Positions 49,596 to 59,309 of a stretch of DNA of 64,000 bases are shown piece after piece. The translations under genes and the position numbers were made by a program. The stretch lies in NCBI GenBank assembly GCA_000092065.1, contig CP000589.1. One strand, written 5' to 3'. The notes under the pieces are model-generated. The model made no database searches, was not told the origin of the DNA, and saw only the letters and a list, made by a program, of their open reading frames with translations. This DNA is from Ostreococcus lucimarinus. Its lineage: Eukaryota. How positions within the stretch are numbered: the first letter of the stretch is position 1; each line of letters starts with the position of its first letter.

Positions 49596-51620
49596 TTAGA
49601 TGGAGTGCGTGCGACGTATTCGTGTGGCATCGTACGACGCGCGCTTGGAAGCGTCCTTGAGCACCGCGTACGCCTCGGCGACGCGCTTGAAGAGCGCCTC
49701 AGACGCCGGCCGAACGGCGTCGCTCGGCGCCTTGTCGGGATGAAACTTCAGCGCGAGCGACTTGTACGCCTTACTCACGTCCGCCTTAGTCGCGCGGGAA
49801 CTCACACCGAGCACGGCGTAGTGCTCGCACGACGTTGCACCGTTCTTCACCTTGCGCTGCGCCTCGCGCAACTTCATCGCGCAGTCGTCGCCCATGTGCG
49901 GCGCGAGTTCCTCCAAATCTTTCATCGCCATCGGCCAGTCGCCCATGGACAAGTAAGCATCCGCTCGGCGCTGTAACGCGCGAATGTACGTGTCATCGAA
50001 CGTGCGAGAGACGCAGCACTCCATGACGGCGTCGCAAAACTTGCCCATGGCTTGAAGCGCGGCGGCTTTGTTCGCGTGAAGCACGGCGCGGAACGCTTGG
50101 TCATCGAAATCGATCGCCAAAGCATCAGCGTACGCTTGAAGCGCCGCATCGTACGCTTTGGCGTGAAAATTTTGATTACCCCGCACCTTGAGTTGTTCCG
50201 CTTGTTCTCGCAACGCACTGAGACGTTTCTTTGGCGACGGTCGCGTCGGCGTTCGCTGACGTCGCGGCGAAGGCTTCGCCTTTTGCGGAGTTTCACGCTT
50301 TGGTGGCGACGCTTTCGATGGTGTCGTCGTTGCCTTCGTTTCTGGAGAACTCGCGCGTCTGGGCGAGGACGCCTTACGGGGTGAGGCATCCGTGGCGAAC
50401 CTGACGAGCTTGGCGCGTTCTTGCTTCCACGACGCCTTGTGCAGGGCGAAAGCCTCACGCTCGCGTTCGAGCTCCTTCATGACCGCCGCTAACTTCGCAC
50501 TCAACGCCGAAGAATCACTATTATTCGAGTTTACACGCGAGCGAAGCGCGTCCAACTCCGAACGCGTCGCCGAGAGTTCCTTCTTACGAATGGCCTCGAT
50601 TTCTCGCGCTTTGCGCGCCTCCGCCCTGGCGCCCGCCAAAGCGTCGCGCAACTCGGCGTTCTCCGCCTTTAAGTCAGCCTGCGACGCGGTGACTTCTACG
50701 GACTCTTTCAAGGCGCGAACTTCATCCTTTTTCGACGCAAACGCGCTGACGAGCTTGGCGTTCTGCGACGCCATCTCCGCGAGCGCGTTTCTCGCCGACT
50801 TTCGCCCGTTGTCCAACTCTTGGCACTTCGCCGTCAGAGCCCCAACCTCTCTCTCCGCCGCCTCCGCGCGCTCGCGCATCAACTTCAGCGCGTTCTCAAA
50901 ATCCGTCCTCAGCGTCGCCTCGATCGCCTCGACGTCCGATCGTCTATACCGCGGCGAAGACGACGACGGCGACACTTTCCCCTCGCGCGCCGAACCGCTC
51001 GGCGACGCGTCCATCATCTCCCGATCCCCCGACGCGACGACGCCCCCCTCCGACCTCTCCCGTCGCCCTCCATTCGAATTTTTCACCCCACTTCGCATCA
51101 CCGCCGCCACCGTGCTCGCCGCTCGCGCCCGCATCGTCCGTCCTCCCTCGCGCTCCGCTCGCTCCGCCTCGCGAACCGCTCGCGCCACCGCGTCTTCCAT
51201 CCACGTCATCGTCTCCCGCCCCATCCCTCGCTCGCGTCCGACCGTCGCGCGCGAACCGTTTGTTGCATCGCGCGCCTCGCTCGTTCGTCCGTCTCGAGGT
51301 CGCGTCGCGCCGTTCGCGTCGTCGTCGTCGTCGCCGCGTCTCGCGTCGCCGTCCTTCGACCCCCTCGCCGCCGCGTCCGTTCGCATCCCATCCCGCGTCG
51401 CGTCGCGCTCGACGCCGCGATTCGTGAGATCGCGCATCGAGCGCGTGACTTTGCGCTGCAGCGCGCGCTCGGCGTCTCGAGCGCGGACGCGTGCGCGTTC
51501 GATCGCGCGGTCGATGGCGGTGGATGAACCGACACCGTTCGACGCGATGATGTTTGCGCTTCGCGCGTCGTCGTCGTCGCCGCGCGGGGACGCGCGACGG
51601 AACGTCGAGACGGAGGGCAT
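49596..51620 (-). CDS. TPR-repeat and C-terminal J-domain co-chaperone (DNAJC7/TPR2-like) with N-terminal coiled coil
   Basis: TPR repeats (LKVRGNQNFHAKAYDAALQAYADALAID ...). C-terminal J domain HYAVLGVSSRATKADVSKAYKSLALKFHPDKAP ... YAVLKDASKRASYD. Confidence 0.75.
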   Translation of the reverse strand: MPSVSTFRRASPRGDDDDARSANIIASNGVGSSTAIDRAIERARVRARDAERALQRKVTRSMRDLTNRGVERDATRDGMRTDAAARGSKDGDARRGDDDDDANGATRPRDGRTSEARDATNGSRATVGRERGMGRETMTWMEDAVARAVREAERAEREGGRTMRARAASTVAAVMRSGVKNSNGGRRERSEGGVVASGDREMMDASPSGSAREGKVSPSSSSPRYRRSDVEAIEATLRTDFENALKLMRERAEAAEREVGALTAKCQELDNGRKSARNALAEMASQNAKLVSAFASKKDEVRALKESVEVTASQADLKAENAELRDALAGARAEARKAREIEAIRKKELSATRSELDALRSRVNSNNSDSSALSAKLAAVMKELEREREAFALHKASWKQERAKLVRFATDASPRKASSPRRASSPETKATTTPSKASPPKRETPQKAKPSPRRQRTPTRPSPKKRLSALREQAEQLKVRGNQNFHAKAYDAALQAYADALAIDFDDQAFRAVLHANKAAALQAMGKFCDAVMECCVSRTFDDTYIRALQRRADAYLSMGDWPMAMKDLEELAPHMGDDCAMKLREAQRKVKNGATSCEHYAVLGVSSRATKADVSKAYKSLALKFHPDKAPSDAVRPASEALFKRVAEAYAVLKDASKRASYDATRIRRTHSI

Positions 51621-51811
51621 TTTTACCGGCGCCCTCGCCGCGCGTCGCGCGCGCGCGGCTCGGGGCGCGTCGTGGAGTGCGGCGCGCGCGATCGATGTCG
51701 GTTCGTCGACTCAACGGGAAAAATCGGCGAGAGTTTGCGTGAATTGGCGAGGAAATGACTGAGCGTTTGCGACGCGCGAGGGTCTGCGTCTATCGCATCG
51801 CGCGACGCGCG

Positions 51812-53140
51812 CTACGACGCGCCCGCGCGCTGATCCACGAGCTTGGATTTGAGACCGACCTTTTCGTACTCCCTCTTCGTCGTCTCGATCGCGCGCGGGC
51901 TGGAATCGCGGAGGAATTCGCGCTCGCGGTCGGAGACGGCTTCGACGGCGACGGCGCGGAGACGCGTGTCAATCTTCAATCCAGCGTACGGGTCGCGCTT
52001 GGCGCCGGAGGCGTTCTGCTTTGTCGTCGTGCCGTTGTGGTGCGCGATCGTCGACGCGTCGACGCGCGCGGCCGATGCGTCGCTCGGCGGCTCGGCGCGA
52101 GACAGCGATTCGCTTCTCGAGACGCTGGGCGAAGCCGCGAAGAAGTCTTCGTCGGACGCGCCCGAATTGTTGCGCATAGAGCCCAGATCAGAGTCGGTGG
52201 GCTTCTTCCTCGGACGCGCGTGCCAATCGAAGGGTAAGCCCTCGGGTGGGAAATATCTAGACTTGCTAAATTGTTGCTCGCTGCGTTTCATCAAGTGCCA
52301 GCCCCACGCGCTCTGCGTCCGCCACCACAATCCGATCGCGACAGCCGCGACGCCGGTGACGATGGAACACGTCACCGTGGAGTACCAAAACTTCAACCAC
52401 GCGCTCAACGTGAGCGTGGTGAGAAACATCGGCACCCCGTACGTGAACATCCGAAACGCTTTTCGCCAATCCGCCTCGCATCGCGTCTCCCAATACCTCT
52501 CGAACGACCTCTGCGGCTGCGGCGGCGTGTCTCCCGGCGCGTACGACAGCGCAAATTTACGACACGCGTATAAAAACTCCGCCTCCTCGTCCTCGCTGAC
52601 GTACGACTTCCCATTCCTCAAAATATTACTCAACATGAACGAACACAGCACCATGGCGTTCAACATCAACGCCACCGTCACCGCCGTGGCTCCCGCGTAC
52701 GCCGCGATCAACGCCTCGCTCTGAAACGCCTTCACCGTCGGATCGCTGAACTGCAATTCCACCAGCGCCACGACCGCGAATCCACTGATCAACGCGCTCA
52801 GGTTCGACGTCGTTCGCAGTTGTTCGCCCTTCTCCTCCACGTCCCGTCTATTCTTCTCCGCGTACCGATTCCACACCCATCGCGCGTTCTCCAGCACGCG
52901 CTGCTCGACGTCTTGTCGTCGCCACTTCCGCTGCTCGTCCCTGTGGACGTGCTCGAGCTCCCACCAGTCGCGCTCTTCGACGCGAAATTCCAAATCTTCG
53001 CGTCGCCACTGTCGCTCTTCTTTCCGCCATTGTCGGTCCTCTTCGCGCCACGCGCGCGCGAGCGACGTGTCCAACGCGGTGAGAAACGCGGTGGCGGCGT
53101 CGCCGACGTCTCCGGCGCCGACGCCGGCGAACGACGGCAT
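51812..53140 (-). CDS. ORAI: Orai-family calcium release-activated calcium channel subunit
   Basis: TM1 pore helix TSNLSALISGFAVVALVELQF matches Orai TM1 (SALLSGFAMVAMVEVQL), including the selectivity Glu. Four TM helices in total. The ORF extends to 53503, but the first ~120 aa look non-coding. Confidence 0.65.
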   Translation of the reverse strand: MPSFAGVGAGDVGDAATAFLTALDTSLARAWREEDRQWRKEERQWRREDLEFRVEERDWWELEHVHRDEQRKWRRQDVEQRVLENARWVWNRYAEKNRRDVEEKGEQLRTTSNLSALISGFAVVALVELQFSDPTVKAFQSEALIAAYAGATAVTVALMLNAMVLCSFMLSNILRNGKSYVSEDEEAEFLYACRKFALSYAPGDTPPQPQRSFERYWETRCEADWRKAFRMFTYGVPMFLTTLTLSAWLKFWYSTVTCSIVTGVAAVAIGLWWRTQSAWGWHLMKRSEQQFSKSRYFPPEGLPFDWHARPRKKPTDSDLGSMRNNSGASDEDFFAASPSVSRSESLSRAEPPSDASAARVDASTIAHHNGTTTKQNASGAKRDPYAGLKIDTRLRAVAVEAVSDREREFLRDSSPRAIETTKREYEKVGLKSKLVDQRAGAS

Positions 53141-53297
53141 GCAGCGCGCGCGTCGTCGAATGCCGACGATGCGATAAAACCCAAACCATATATATAATAA
53201 TCTAAACCCTCTATGTATGTATATCGCGAACACGCGCGCGACGCGAATGCGGACGCGCGGTTCGGCCGGCGCGCGCGCCCGCACACGCGCGCGCGCC

Positions 53298-53570
53298 ATG
53301 TCCACCACCGTCGCGCTGCGCCACGCGCGACGATGCGCGAAAACTCTCTTCGCCCGCACCGCCGCCCGCGCGAACACCGCGGCGTCGCAGGCGTCGATCG
53401 ACGCGTTCATGGAAAAGTTTGACGTCGCGAAGACGAGCCCGACGATGGACCGTCCGAGCACGCCCACGACGTTCGCGAGCGCGCCGGTCGAGGAGAGCGC
53501 CAAGGGAACGGCGGATAAGTTGAAGCTGAATTTCTACCTCCCGCACGAGGTGGCGCACGACGAGGAGGAG
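53298..53570 (+). CDS. ATP5D: mitochondrial F1 ATP synthase delta subunit (bacterial epsilon homolog), exon 1
   Basis: Presequence MSTTVALRHARRCAKTLF ... then KLKLNFYLPHEVAHDEEEV matching the delta-subunit N-terminal beta-sandwich (KLQFALPHET...SEV). Frame changes before the conserved downstream block, which implies a GT donor at 53571. Confidence 0.55.
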
Positions 53571-53811
53571 GTGCGCGAGCGATGCGAGACGCGATGGGAC
53601 GGTGATCGCCCGATGGGGTTGCGGCCAACGAGTGGAAGGCGTGGGTTTGACCCGAACGCGAAGGAGACGCGCGCGAACGCGCGACGAGGCGCGGGTCGGA
53701 CGCGGCGCGCGCGGAACGATCGCGCGATGGTGGGATGGTGGCGCGCGGCGAGCGATGACGCGGGATCTCGGAGCGATGACTGACGGAACGACGAGCGTCG
53801 CGCGCGCGCAG

Positions 53812-54162
53812 GTGGACATGGTGCTCGTGCCGGCGACGACGGGGGACTTTGGAATCTTACCGGGACACGTGCCGACGGTTTCGCAGCTGCGACCGGGGGT
53901 GGTGAGCGTGCATTTGAACGATAAAGACGTGAAGAAATACTTCGTCAGCAGTGGATTCGCGTTCGTGCACGCGGATTCGACGGCGGATATTTGCGCCATC
54001 GAGGCGGTGCCGGTGGAGCAACTCGACGGGGACGCGGTGAGGAAAGGGTTGGCCGAGCATCAGGCGAAATTTACGAACGCGAAGGATGATTTCGAAAAGG
54101 CGAACGCGCAAATCGGTATCGATGTGTGCAACGCCATGGTGGCTGCGCTCGACGCCAAGTAG
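53812..54162 (+). CDS. ATP5D: mitochondrial F1 ATP synthase delta subunit, exon 2
   Basis: VDMVLVPATTGDFGILPGHVPTVSQLRPGVVSVH ... matching the delta/epsilon conserved core (GVLANHVP...L.PGVV.V). AG acceptor at 53810-53811. Phase-0 intron 53571-53811 (241 bp, GT...AG). Confidence 0.55.
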   Translation: MDMVLVPATTGDFGILPGHVPTVSQLRPGVVSVHLNDKDVKKYFVSSGFAFVHADSTADICAIEAVPVEQLDGDAVRKGLAEHQAKFTNAKDDFEKANAQIGIDVCNAMVAALDAK

Positions 54163-54212
54163 AGAGAAGTGTAAAGGAATATCGTTAAAAATGTACGTTG
54201 AACGGATTCGGC

Positions 54213-56675
54213 TCAGCCGGCGGCGCTCGCGATGACGATGGAACGGTCGGCACCGTTTACACCGCTCTTTTTCTTCCGCAACAACGCCAACTCGTCGTGC
54301 AACATCGTTAGTTCGTGCGTGTACGCGTCCTTGTGCGCGATGAACATCTTTAGCTCGCTTCGCAAGCCTTTGATTTGACGCGACTTTTCCTTGATGTGCG
54401 CGTGCGTCTCTCGTAGCTCCTCAAACGCTCGAGGTCCGGGTTGACGGGACAACACCACGCGAAGTTCGGCGAGTACTTTTGTTTTCTCGCTAATCAGAAT
54501 GTCTTTCGTCGTCACTTCTTCCGTTTTCGTGATCAGTTTGCGCTGCAACATTTGAACTTTCTGAATCAACTCGTACATAGTCGGATCGCTGCCTTTGAGC
54601 TGTCGCCAACGATGGACATTCATCGGATTCTCGAGTTCCTCGCTGAGTGCCTTAACTTTTGTGCGTTCGTGGAGAAGTTCGCGACCAAGCGTTTGGACTT
54701 CGTGCTTCAACGCATCGATGCTTGCCGCCGCTTCTCGCAGGGACGTGAGTTCTTGCGCGTGCGACGCCAATCTGAGCTTCAACGTTTTAATCTCGCGAAC
54801 GCGCTCACGATACTCGGCTTGGCCTTGATTCAAAATTTTCTGCTGAACCTTGACTTTCTCGTAAAGTAGCGCGCATTCTTGATTCCGCTGCACAAGTTGT
54901 GCGTTGAGAACGTCACGATCACGCTTGATGACATCGAGCTGCTTGCGATGCGCCTCGCGACTTTCTCGCAACGACGCCACAGATGAGCGTAGCGTCTTCG
55001 ATTCATCACTCGTATGCTTCAGAGACTCTTGCGTCTCGCGAAGCGTCGAGTTTAGCTTATCATTCTGTCGTCGTAGAGCATCGTGTTCTTTGTCCAACTT
55101 GCGATGCTCGAAACGCTCGCCCGCGATGACGGCGTCCTTCATTCTAAGTTCCTCGTGCAAACCTTCCATCGCCACAGTCTTGGCCTTGAAATCGCGTTTG
55201 ATCTCCGCAATTTGTGACTGGGCCTCGACGAGAGACTTTGATTGTTGATTGCGTTCCGCGCACACGACGTCGTACGCGTGCTCGGCTTGCTTAATTTTGC
55301 TTTCTGCATCTTGTAATTCTTGCCGTAAATCAACGATTTGAGACTGTCGATCATGAACGTCATCCTCCAACTTTTCCTGACGACGCACCGCCGCCGCGAT
55401 GTCCGCCAATAACTTTGCACGTTCTTGATCGAGACTTTTTATCTGCATCTCTTGCTTAACTTGTTCGCGTTTGTAACTCTTGATTTCGTTTTCGAGTGTT
55501 TGACGCTGCGCCTCATGAATACGCAGCAAATCTTGTTGCCGACTTGTGGCGTTCTGCGCCTGCGTAGTCGTCTTCAGAAGGACATCGCGCTCGCGCATAA
55601 GATCTTCTTTTCGCCTTTGCTCGTTATCTAAGTCTCTTTTTTGTTGCTCGAGACGTTGTTTGAGTAATTGAATCTCGCGCTTGAGCGCATTCTTTGCGTC
55701 GTCTGCGTTCAATTTCGTTTGCTCCGCCGCGCGGAGTTTAGACTCTAGTTGAGTGGACTTTTTTAAAGTACTCTCCTTTTCACGCTCGAGCGTTTTGATT
55801 TCATCGTTCAACGCTCGAATTTCGTGCATCTTGGCCGTGTTTGCATCCTCAGCACTCTTATTACTCGCGCGAGCTTCGTCAAGTTCGCGATGAAGCTTGT
55901 CAGATTTGCTCGCTAACACGTTCAACTCTTTCTGAGCCGCCTCTGTCCGTCGCTCTTGCAAACAAGTATCTTTTTCTAGCTTGATAATCATTTCGTCAGC
56001 CTTTGTTATCCTCGCTTTATACTCTCTGATCTCAATGTCGCGTTCTTCAGAGCGTTCCTGTACCTCGCGCATCTCGCGCTCGAGACGTTCCTTCGTGCGC
56101 TTTTGCCGCTCCACCTCCATCGCACTCGCGTGCGACAGATCACGTGCATTTTGTAATTCTACGTCTAAATCTAATTTCGTCGATTCAGCCTTTCTCGTTC
56201 GCTCCGATAGCTTATCGATATCCTCCCTGAGCCTGATGGTTTGCTCGAGTAATTCATCTCGTTCGGCGGTGAGACTCTCCTTGGCGCTCAGTAACGATTC
56301 AATCTCGCGCGAGTTCGCCCTTCGCGCACTCGCGCGCTCCATAAACAACCCATCACTGGTCGTCGTTTCGCAACCCCCTAGCTTGTCTTCATCTCGTGTC
56401 AGCCGTTCAATTTCCATCTTCAATTCGCTCGCCTCGCGCTTACTCGCCAACTCGCTCTCGTGCGATTCATCCACCATCGCCCACGCCTTCTCTAACTCTT
56501 CTTTGAGCGCATCGATGGTTGATTGATCTTCCCGCGACAAATCCAGCGTCATCATCATTTTCCTCGCCTGTCCGCGACACTCCTCCGCGAGCGTCGCGCA
56601 CTTTGCCGTCAACGCTCGCTCGCGCTCCGCGGCGTCCGCGAGCGCGGCCCTCACCTTATCGCACTCTTCTCGCAC
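54213..56675 (-). CDS. long coiled-coil protein, CFAP58/CCDC147-like (cilia/flagella-associated) - tentative
   Basis: 820-aa almost entirely coiled coil. C-terminal block ENPMNVHRWRQLKGSDPTMYELIQKVQMLQRKLITKTEEV ... LSRQPGP resembles the conserved CFAP58 C-terminal motif. Confidence 0.5.
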   Translation of the reverse strand: MREECDKVRAALADAAERERALTAKCATLAEECRGQARKMMMTLDLSREDQSTIDALKEELEKAWAMVDESHESELASKREASELKMEIERLTRDEDKLGGCETTTSDGLFMERASARRANSREIESLLSAKESLTAERDELLEQTIRLREDIDKLSERTRKAESTKLDLDVELQNARDLSHASAMEVERQKRTKERLEREMREVQERSEERDIEIREYKARITKADEMIIKLEKDTCLQERRTEAAQKELNVLASKSDKLHRELDEARASNKSAEDANTAKMHEIRALNDEIKTLEREKESTLKKSTQLESKLRAAEQTKLNADDAKNALKREIQLLKQRLEQQKRDLDNEQRRKEDLMRERDVLLKTTTQAQNATSRQQDLLRIHEAQRQTLENEIKSYKREQVKQEMQIKSLDQERAKLLADIAAAVRRQEKLEDDVHDRQSQIVDLRQELQDAESKIKQAEHAYDVVCAERNQQSKSLVEAQSQIAEIKRDFKAKTVAMEGLHEELRMKDAVIAGERFEHRKLDKEHDALRRQNDKLNSTLRETQESLKHTSDESKTLRSSVASLRESREAHRKQLDVIKRDRDVLNAQLVQRNQECALLYEKVKVQQKILNQGQAEYRERVREIKTLKLRLASHAQELTSLREAAASIDALKHEVQTLGRELLHERTKVKALSEELENPMNVHRWRQLKGSDPTMYELIQKVQMLQRKLITKTEEVTTKDILISEKTKVLAELRVVLSRQPGPRAFEELRETHAHIKEKSRQIKGLRSELKMFIAHKDAYTHELTMLHDELALLRKKKSGVNGADRSIVIASAAG

Positions 56676-57073
56676 CTTGACCGCGCGCGCGTCGTCGCGC
56701 GGTAATTTTGATATCGCCTGTGCGCGCGCGCGACGTCACGGCCGCGGTCAGTGCGTCGATCGCATCGTCTCGACGGTTCGCAGACTCGCCGAGAGCTTCC
56801 TAATATAGCACCCGCGCGAGACGAAAGCGTGGGACGCCGACGCGCGCCGCACGCGCCTCGACGAACGCGTCCTCGTCATAATCACCAAGCGAGGTATCTC
56901 CTTCATCTAAGCTCGCTGTTTCGTCGTCGTCCGCGTCGTCTGCGTCCAAACTCATCGCGCGGCGTTGTGGGGGTTTGACGATTAATATCGCCGTGAAAAG
57001 AAAGGAGGTGCCCGGGTTGTTGCGCGAGCGCGCCAGACGCGACGACTCGTGCGCACGAAACGGGTTTCAAAGG

Positions 57074-59257
57074 TTAAAATCCATCTAGTCCGCGAGCAAA
57101 AGCTAAATCATCGAATTCGCGCGCGAGAGCGGCCACGGCGGTTCGGTCGATGCCGGGATTGCGGGAGAGCGTCGCGGCGAACGTGCGAGACGAGGACGAT
57201 TCCGCGAGACGGCGGACGGCGACGGCGGTGAGGTCACAGTCGGAGACGTCGAGCGTGTGCAAGTGAGGGAGATTGGGGAGAATATCGGTGATGGCGTCGA
57301 TGCCGTCATCGCCGATGTGGTTTCCGCGGAGGCTGAGGATCTCGAGGGGAGTAGGCGACGCGCCGGCGGCGGCGGCGGCGACGTCGAAGGCTTCGGTAAA
57401 ATCGTACGTGCCGCGCCATGAGATGACGTTCATGGACAGATCGCAACACTTTAGCATAGGAAAGTGACCATTTTGGAAGAGATTGGCCAGCGCTGGCATC
57501 GCCGAGTCGCCGATTCCGTTCGAACCAAGACGAAGAGTCTCGAGGCGACGCAGCGTTTTCAGCCCTCGAGGCGCTTCGCACAACCAAATCAATCCGTTAT
57601 CTCCTAGAGAACAACCACTCAGATCCAAGATCACGAGTGATTTCCCTATGGTTTCGAGATATGTAGAAAGCTCGGCCGCGCCGTTGGCGTCAAAACAATC
57701 GTTGCCGCTCAGATCGAGGTTTCGTAATTGTTCGCACCGCGCCACGAGTCTTGAAGCGACGTCGGCGCCGCCAATCGCGGACACGCCAACGTTCGCCAGA
57801 CGAAGCTCGCGCAAGCCAACAAATTCGATGTCACAGATTGATTTTATGCCTTCGTCGCCGATTGGGCAGAAGCTTACTTCGAAACATTCCAACTCGCGTG
57901 CGAGAGCGGGCGGAGGAAACCACGACTGTCGAAGCGCGACAATGGCTTGAGCGTTCAATCGGTCGCAACGGCTGAACTTTAAGCTCTTCAATCGACTGAC
58001 CCACGAGTTTGCAACGTTTCCACTCGAATTCGTCATCGCGTGCAAAATTTCCTCGTCGACATCCTCACCGATAATCTCCAAATCGCGCACGTCCGATTCG
58101 CAGAGAAAATCTCCCAAGGCGCGCCATCCGTCGACATCGAGCCAAGTTTCGCACAACTTCAACCTAATTAGCTTCACTCGTGACGCGTGTTTCGCAAACA
58201 CGTCGAGCAAACAACGAAGCGTGTCTTGATGTATTCTAAACGGCCCTTTCGCGTTAATCTCCAGACTCTCGATCGCGCCTCCGTGCGTCTCGAGTGTTGA
58301 ACACAAGTCATCAGCAAAGCGCTCCGTAAACGCGTCCGCGGGTGTGATCTTGAGCACGTTTAATTCAGCATCAAACCACTCACGAGCGCGTTTCGGCATT
58401 CTTGCTCGAATTTGCCCGCGCGCGCCGCACCCACCGCGTGTGATTTCGAACAAACAAGGTCGACCTTCCAACGATTCTTTGCGAGCGAGCTCGTCGAAAT
58501 CCGCCACGGGAATCAGCGTTGCGGTCCACCCACCGGCTACGATTGCCTCGTACAGCGCCCGATCCACGTGCGCCCAACGCGACACGTACGCGAGTAAAAG
58601 CATCCCATTATCACGCTCGAGCTTTGTGTGCACGACGTCTAACACATCGCGCGCCGATGCCTCGCTGTACACCACGTCGCTCGCGACGACGAGTGGAAAC
58701 GTTTTTCTCGCGAAATCATCTGCGTCCCCTCGCCCCCACTCCAGCGTCCCCGCCGTCGCGCTCCCGAGCGACGTCAATACATTGTCATCTACAAAGTTTC
58801 GATTCATCTCGATCGATCGCCGTAGATCGCTCGCGACGTCGGCGTTTCCGTCCGTCAGCGTCGTCTCGCGCGCGGCGCCGCTCAGCCAGCACAGCATCCC
58901 AGGCGTCCCCAGCCCCGCGCCGAGCTCGAGCACGCGCGAGCGCTCGACCACGATCGAGTATCCTTCGTCGCTGGCTAAATACGCGCAGAGCGCTGGGAGA
59001 GCGCGCCAGGCGACGCGTCCAGTCTCGTCGCACTCGGCGGTTGAAGTGTCTTCTGGAAAGAGTTTCGGACGCCGCGTGCGCACGCGCACGACTCCGCGAG
59101 GGGTTTTGAAGGCGTGCACGTCGACAATATCATCGTCGGCGCCGTCGGACGCGGTCGGGGTCATTTCTGTGCTGTCATGGAGTCGGCGCGGGAGGCGCGC
59201 TGTGCCTCGGCGGTTGGACGCTCGGCGGCGAGTGGCTACTCTACGTTTGTGATACAA
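57074..59257 (-). CDS. protein-lysine-methyltransferase-like (Methyltransf_16/METTL21-FAM86-like) domain fused to RNI-like leucine-rich repeats
   Basis: N-terminal VLELGAGLGTPGML ... PLVVASDVVY (class I MTase motifs I and post-I). C-terminal about 350 aa of RNI-type LRRs (LDLSGNDCFDANGAAEL, LDLSGCSLGDNGLIWL, LRLGSNGIGDSAMPALANL). Confidence 0.55.
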   Translation of the reverse strand: MYHKRRVATRRRASNRRGTARLPRRLHDSTEMTPTASDGADDDIVDVHAFKTPRGVVRVRTRRPKLFPEDTSTAECDETGRVAWRALPALCAYLASDEGYSIVVERSRVLELGAGLGTPGMLCWLSGAARETTLTDGNADVASDLRRSIEMNRNFVDDNVLTSLGSATAGTLEWGRGDADDFARKTFPLVVASDVVYSEASARDVLDVVHTKLERDNGMLLLAYVSRWAHVDRALYEAIVAGGWTATLIPVADFDELARKESLEGRPCLFEITRGGCGARGQIRARMPKRAREWFDAELNVLKITPADAFTERFADDLCSTLETHGGAIESLEINAKGPFRIHQDTLRCLLDVFAKHASRVKLIRLKLCETWLDVDGWRALGDFLCESDVRDLEIIGEDVDEEILHAMTNSSGNVANSWVSRLKSLKFSRCDRLNAQAIVALRQSWFPPPALARELECFEVSFCPIGDEGIKSICDIEFVGLRELRLANVGVSAIGGADVASRLVARCEQLRNLDLSGNDCFDANGAAELSTYLETIGKSLVILDLSGCSLGDNGLIWLCEAPRGLKTLRRLETLRLGSNGIGDSAMPALANLFQNGHFPMLKCCDLSMNVISWRGTYDFTEAFDVAAAAAGASPTPLEILSLRGNHIGDDGIDAITDILPNLPHLHTLDVSDCDLTAVAVRRLAESSSSRTFAATLSRNPGIDRTAVAALAREFDDLAFARGLDGF

Positions 59258-59309
59258 AACTATCGCCTAAAATCTACGTGCGATCGTGAAAAAAGTGCGT
59301 CTGTGACGC

